A stretch of 64,000 nt of DNA from an uncultured Actinomycetes bacterium (lineage in GTDB: Bacteria; Actinomycetota; UBA4738; HRBIN12), in NCBI GenBank assembly GCA_963817235.1, contig CAWFNS010000002.1:277703-341702 (forward strand), given 5' to 3'. Below, piece after piece: positions 61,579 through 64,000 of this stretch; the first letter of the stretch is position 1, and each line of letters starts with the position of its first letter. The notes beneath the pieces are model-generated. The model was not told the DNA's origin. It ran no database searches and saw only the letters and a list, made by a program, of their open reading frames with translations. The position numbers and the translations under genes were made by a program.

Positions 61579-62586
61579 ATGGGTGCCCCGATGCGCCATC
61601 CGTTCCGCACCGCCGCGTTCGTCGTCGTCGTCGTGGCGCTCCTGGCCGCATCCTGGGTGCGCGTCCCGTACTACGCGCTCGGCCCGGGGCCTGCGCAATC
61701 GGTGACCCCACTGATCGACTATGCGAGCGGCGAGCCTCGCTACGAGCCCACCGGGCAGCTCGTCATGACGACGGTCCGGTACTACCAGCTCTCGCCCCTC
61801 ACGGCGCTCTGGGCGTGGGTGAGTCCGGACCTGAGCGTGATCCCGAGGTCCGACCTGTTCGAGCCGGGCGTGCCCGAGGACGTTCAGAACCAGCGCGCGA
61901 TCTCGCAGATGGACCAGAGCAAGATCGATGCCACCGCCTTGGTGCTGAAGAAGCTCGACGCCTATCCGAAGGAGCACGGGCGCGGTGCCCTCGTGGAATC
62001 GACCGTCCCGGACTGCCCGGCGGATGGTCAGCTCTTCCCCGGCGACGTGATCGTCGCGATCGACGGCACGCCGGTCGGCAGCGTGCGGGACGCCTCGAAG
62101 GCGATCGAGGCCGCGAAGCCCGGTGAGCAGCTGGACTTCCGCGTCAACGTCGACGGCACGATCGAGCACGCTCGGTTCACGCGCCGGCGCTGTGTGGCGA
62201 ACGACCCGCGTCGCCTCGTCGGGGTGAGCCTCCTGAACCCGTTCCCGTTCGAGGTCTCGATCGCGAGCGCCAAGGTCGGCGGGCCCTCCGCCGGTCTGAT
62301 GTGGGCCCTCGGGCTCTACGAGCTGATGACGCCCGGCGACCTGACCGCCGGAAGAAGGATCGCCGGCACCGGGACGATCGATCCGCGGACGGGCGCCGTC
62401 GGGCCGATCGGCGGGATCCGCGACAAGGTGATCGCTGCGGAGAAGGCAGGGGCGACCGTGTTCCTGGCGCCGGCGGACAACATGGCCGAGCTCCAGAAGG
62501 TGGATACCGGGGGCATGCAGGTGTTCTCGGTGTCGAGCTTCGACGACGCCCTCAAGGACCTGGAGGCCGACGGAACGAGCGCGTGA
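61579..62586 (+). CDS. PDZ domain-containing Lon-like (S16) serine protease
   Basis: N-terminal TM, PDZ (GDVIVAIDGTPV), VGGPSAGLMWALGLYELM (Ser site), GTGTI..G.VGPIGGIRDK (Lys). Intact. Confidence 0.8.
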   Translation: MGAPMRHPFRTAAFVVVVVALLAASWVRVPYYALGPGPAQSVTPLIDYASGEPRYEPTGQLVMTTVRYYQLSPLTALWAWVSPDLSVIPRSDLFEPGVPEDVQNQRAISQMDQSKIDATALVLKKLDAYPKEHGRGALVESTVPDCPADGQLFPGDVIVAIDGTPVGSVRDASKAIEAAKPGEQLDFRVNVDGTIEHARFTRRRCVANDPRRLVGVSLLNPFPFEVSIASAKVGGPSAGLMWALGLYELMTPGDLTAGRRIAGTGTIDPRTGAVGPIGGIRDKVIAAEKAGATVFLAPADNMAELQKVDTGGMQVFSVSSFDDALKDLEADGTSA

Positions 62587-62646
62587 AGTAGGCTGGAGCG
62601 CGGGGCATCCTGCCCCGCCCGCGTCCGCGAGGAGCACCCGTACCCG

Positions 62647-64000
62647 ATGTCGACGATCCGCCTCCCGTCCCGGTCGCGGCGCTGGCCGCTGATCGTGATC
62701 GGCGTGCTGGTGCTGCTGGCCATCCTGTTCACCGCGCTCTCCGGCGCCGTGGTGGACCTGCTCTGGTACCGCGAGATCGGGCACAGCAGCGTCTTCTGGA
62801 CGACCATCCGCACGAGGTTCCTGCTCGGGCTGGTCTTCGGCCTCCTCTTCTTCGGGCTGCTCTACGCGAACCTCGATCATCGCCCGGCGGATCCGGCCGA
62901 CCACCAGGATCATGACGCCGGACCAGGAGGTGCTGGCCCGGGTGCGGGACGCGTCCGATCCGTACCTGCGCTGGTTGGTGCCGGTCGGCGCCGCCGTCCT
63001 GGCCCTGCTCGTCGGGATCGGGGTCTCCGGCGAGTGGAAGACGTTCCTGCTGTGGCGCGGGGGCTCCGGCGTCCTGTTCGGCAACCCCGACCCGCTGTTC
63101 CATCGCGATCCCTCCTTCTACATCTTCACGATGCCGTGGCTCCGGTTCCTGCAGGGCTGGCTGTTCTCCTCCTTGGTCGGCGTCACGATCATCGTGGGCG
63201 TGGCACACCTGCTGTGGGGAGGCATCCGGCCGCAGGCCCCGATGTTCGCCGACAAGGTGACCCCTGCGGCGCGCGCCCACCTCTCGGTGCTGCTGGGCCT
63301 GATCATGCTGGTGAAGGCGTGGGGGTACTGGCTCGGCCGCTACGACCTGCTGACGTCGTCGCGTGGCGTGGTCGAGGGAGCGTCCTACACCGACGTGAAC
63401 GCGCAGCTGCCCGCGCTCACGTTCCTGACGATCGTGGCGGTGATCTGCGCGATCCTGTTCTTCCTCAACATCCGTCTTCGGCAGTGGAGCCTGCCGGTGA
63501 TCGCCGTCGGGTTGCTGCTCCTCGTCTCGGTCCTGCTCGGGACCGCGTACCCCTCGTTCGTGCAGCAGTTCCGCGTCAAGCCGAACGAGCAGAGCTACGA
63601 GACGCCGTACATCGACCGACAACATCAAGGCGACGAACGAAGCCTTCGCGCTTGAACACGATCCAGGCGCAGGAGCACAAGGTCACCGGCCCGCTCACGG
63701 CGCAGCAGATCCAGGACAACAGCGGGACGGTCTCGAACATCCGGGTGTGGCGCGGCGTGCCGATCCTGGAGGAGAACTTCCAGAGCCTCCAGCGGCAGCG
63801 CCAGTACTACAACTTCGACGACGTCGACGTCGATCGCTACAAGATCGACGGCCAGGAGCGGGTGTTGATGGTCTCGCCGCGCGAGATCGACCAAGCCGGG
63901 ACTCGCGCCGGCGGCGCAGACGTGGCCGAACCAGCACCTGACCTACACGCACGGCTACGGCGCGGTGGCGGCGCAGGTGAACGAGGCGACGTCGCAGGGG
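62647..64000 (+). CDS. UPF0182 family large membrane protein (5' part, runs off window), at least four frame hops as assembled
   Basis: LLWYREIGHSSVFWT, FYIFTMPWLRF, PNEQSYETPYIDRNIKATNEAF (extra a at 63619), NIRVW, YYNFDDVDVDRY, YTHGYG. Frames advance f0,f1,f2,f0,f1. Confidence 0.75.
   Translation, partial: MSTIRLPSRSRRWPLIVIGVLVLLAILFTALSGAVVDLLWYREIGHSSVFWTTIRTRFLLGLVFGLLFFGLLYANLDHRPADPADHQDHDAGPGGAGPGAGRVRSVPALVGAGRRRRPGPARRDRGLRRVEDVPAVARGLRRPVRQPRPAVPSRSLLLHLHDAVAPVPAGLAVLLLGRRHDHRGRGTPAVGRHPAAGPDVRRQGDPCGARPPLGAAGPDHAGEGVGVLARPLRPADVVAWRGRGSVLHRRERAAARAHVPDDRGGDLRDPVLPQHPSSAVEPAGDRRRVAAPRLGPARDRVPLVRAAVPRQAERAELRDAVHRPTTSRRRTKPSRLNTIQAQEHKVTGPLTAQQIQDNSGTVSNIRVWRGVPILEENFQSLQRQRQYYNFDDVDVDRYKIDGQERVLMVSPREIDQAGTRAGGADVAEPAPDLHARLRRGGGAGERGDVAG

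Overview
Very high-GC (by eye about 70% or more) chromosomal segment with actinobacterial gene content, probably from a high-GC Actinomycetota genome (inference). I count about 60 protein-coding genes. I found no rRNA, tRNA, CRISPR array, transposase or integrase.

Gene content:
- Arginine operon argC-J-B-D-R-G-H, without argF.
- glnB-glnD nitrogen-sensing pair.
- NHEJ genes: a three-domain LigD and Ku.
- ECF sigma factor, a membrane-anchored beta-propeller protein and an M36 fungalysin-type protease.
- A BMP-type nucleoside ABC importer, upp, and a type I-beta DAHP synthase.
- moaE, mreB, and the PDZ-Lon/UPF0182 pair.
- Two MarR regulons and several lipoprotein/hydrolase genes.

Two points dominate the interpretation:
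1. About 25 genes can only be read by hopping frames. Essentially every hop is a +1 single-base insertion in the direction of transcription, and the hops cluster in a few patches. This looks like a technical artefact (unpolished insertion-biased sequence) rather than genome decay. I therefore call these genes as frame-disrupted CDS, not pseudogenes.
2. The most interesting structure is a 4.35-kb MacAB-type efflux cassette at 39351-43704. It sits inside the 3' end of a DUF72 gene and is bounded by a perfect 17-bp direct repeat. It also carries its own diverged copy of the DUF72 3' end, but no mobility gene.

Smaller observations:
- A LigD gene followed by a USP-USP-Rieske fusion.
- A Cys-pair beta-propeller protein coupled to an ECF sigma factor.
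- Widespread leaderless-type promoters.
- An ARG box over the argC start.
- A 29-bp AT-rich palindrome at a MarR gene.
- Short tandem duplications that repeat the start codons of two genes.

I did not find a clear-cut novel multi-gene system such as a defence system. Family assignments come from motif recognition by eye, not from database searches.
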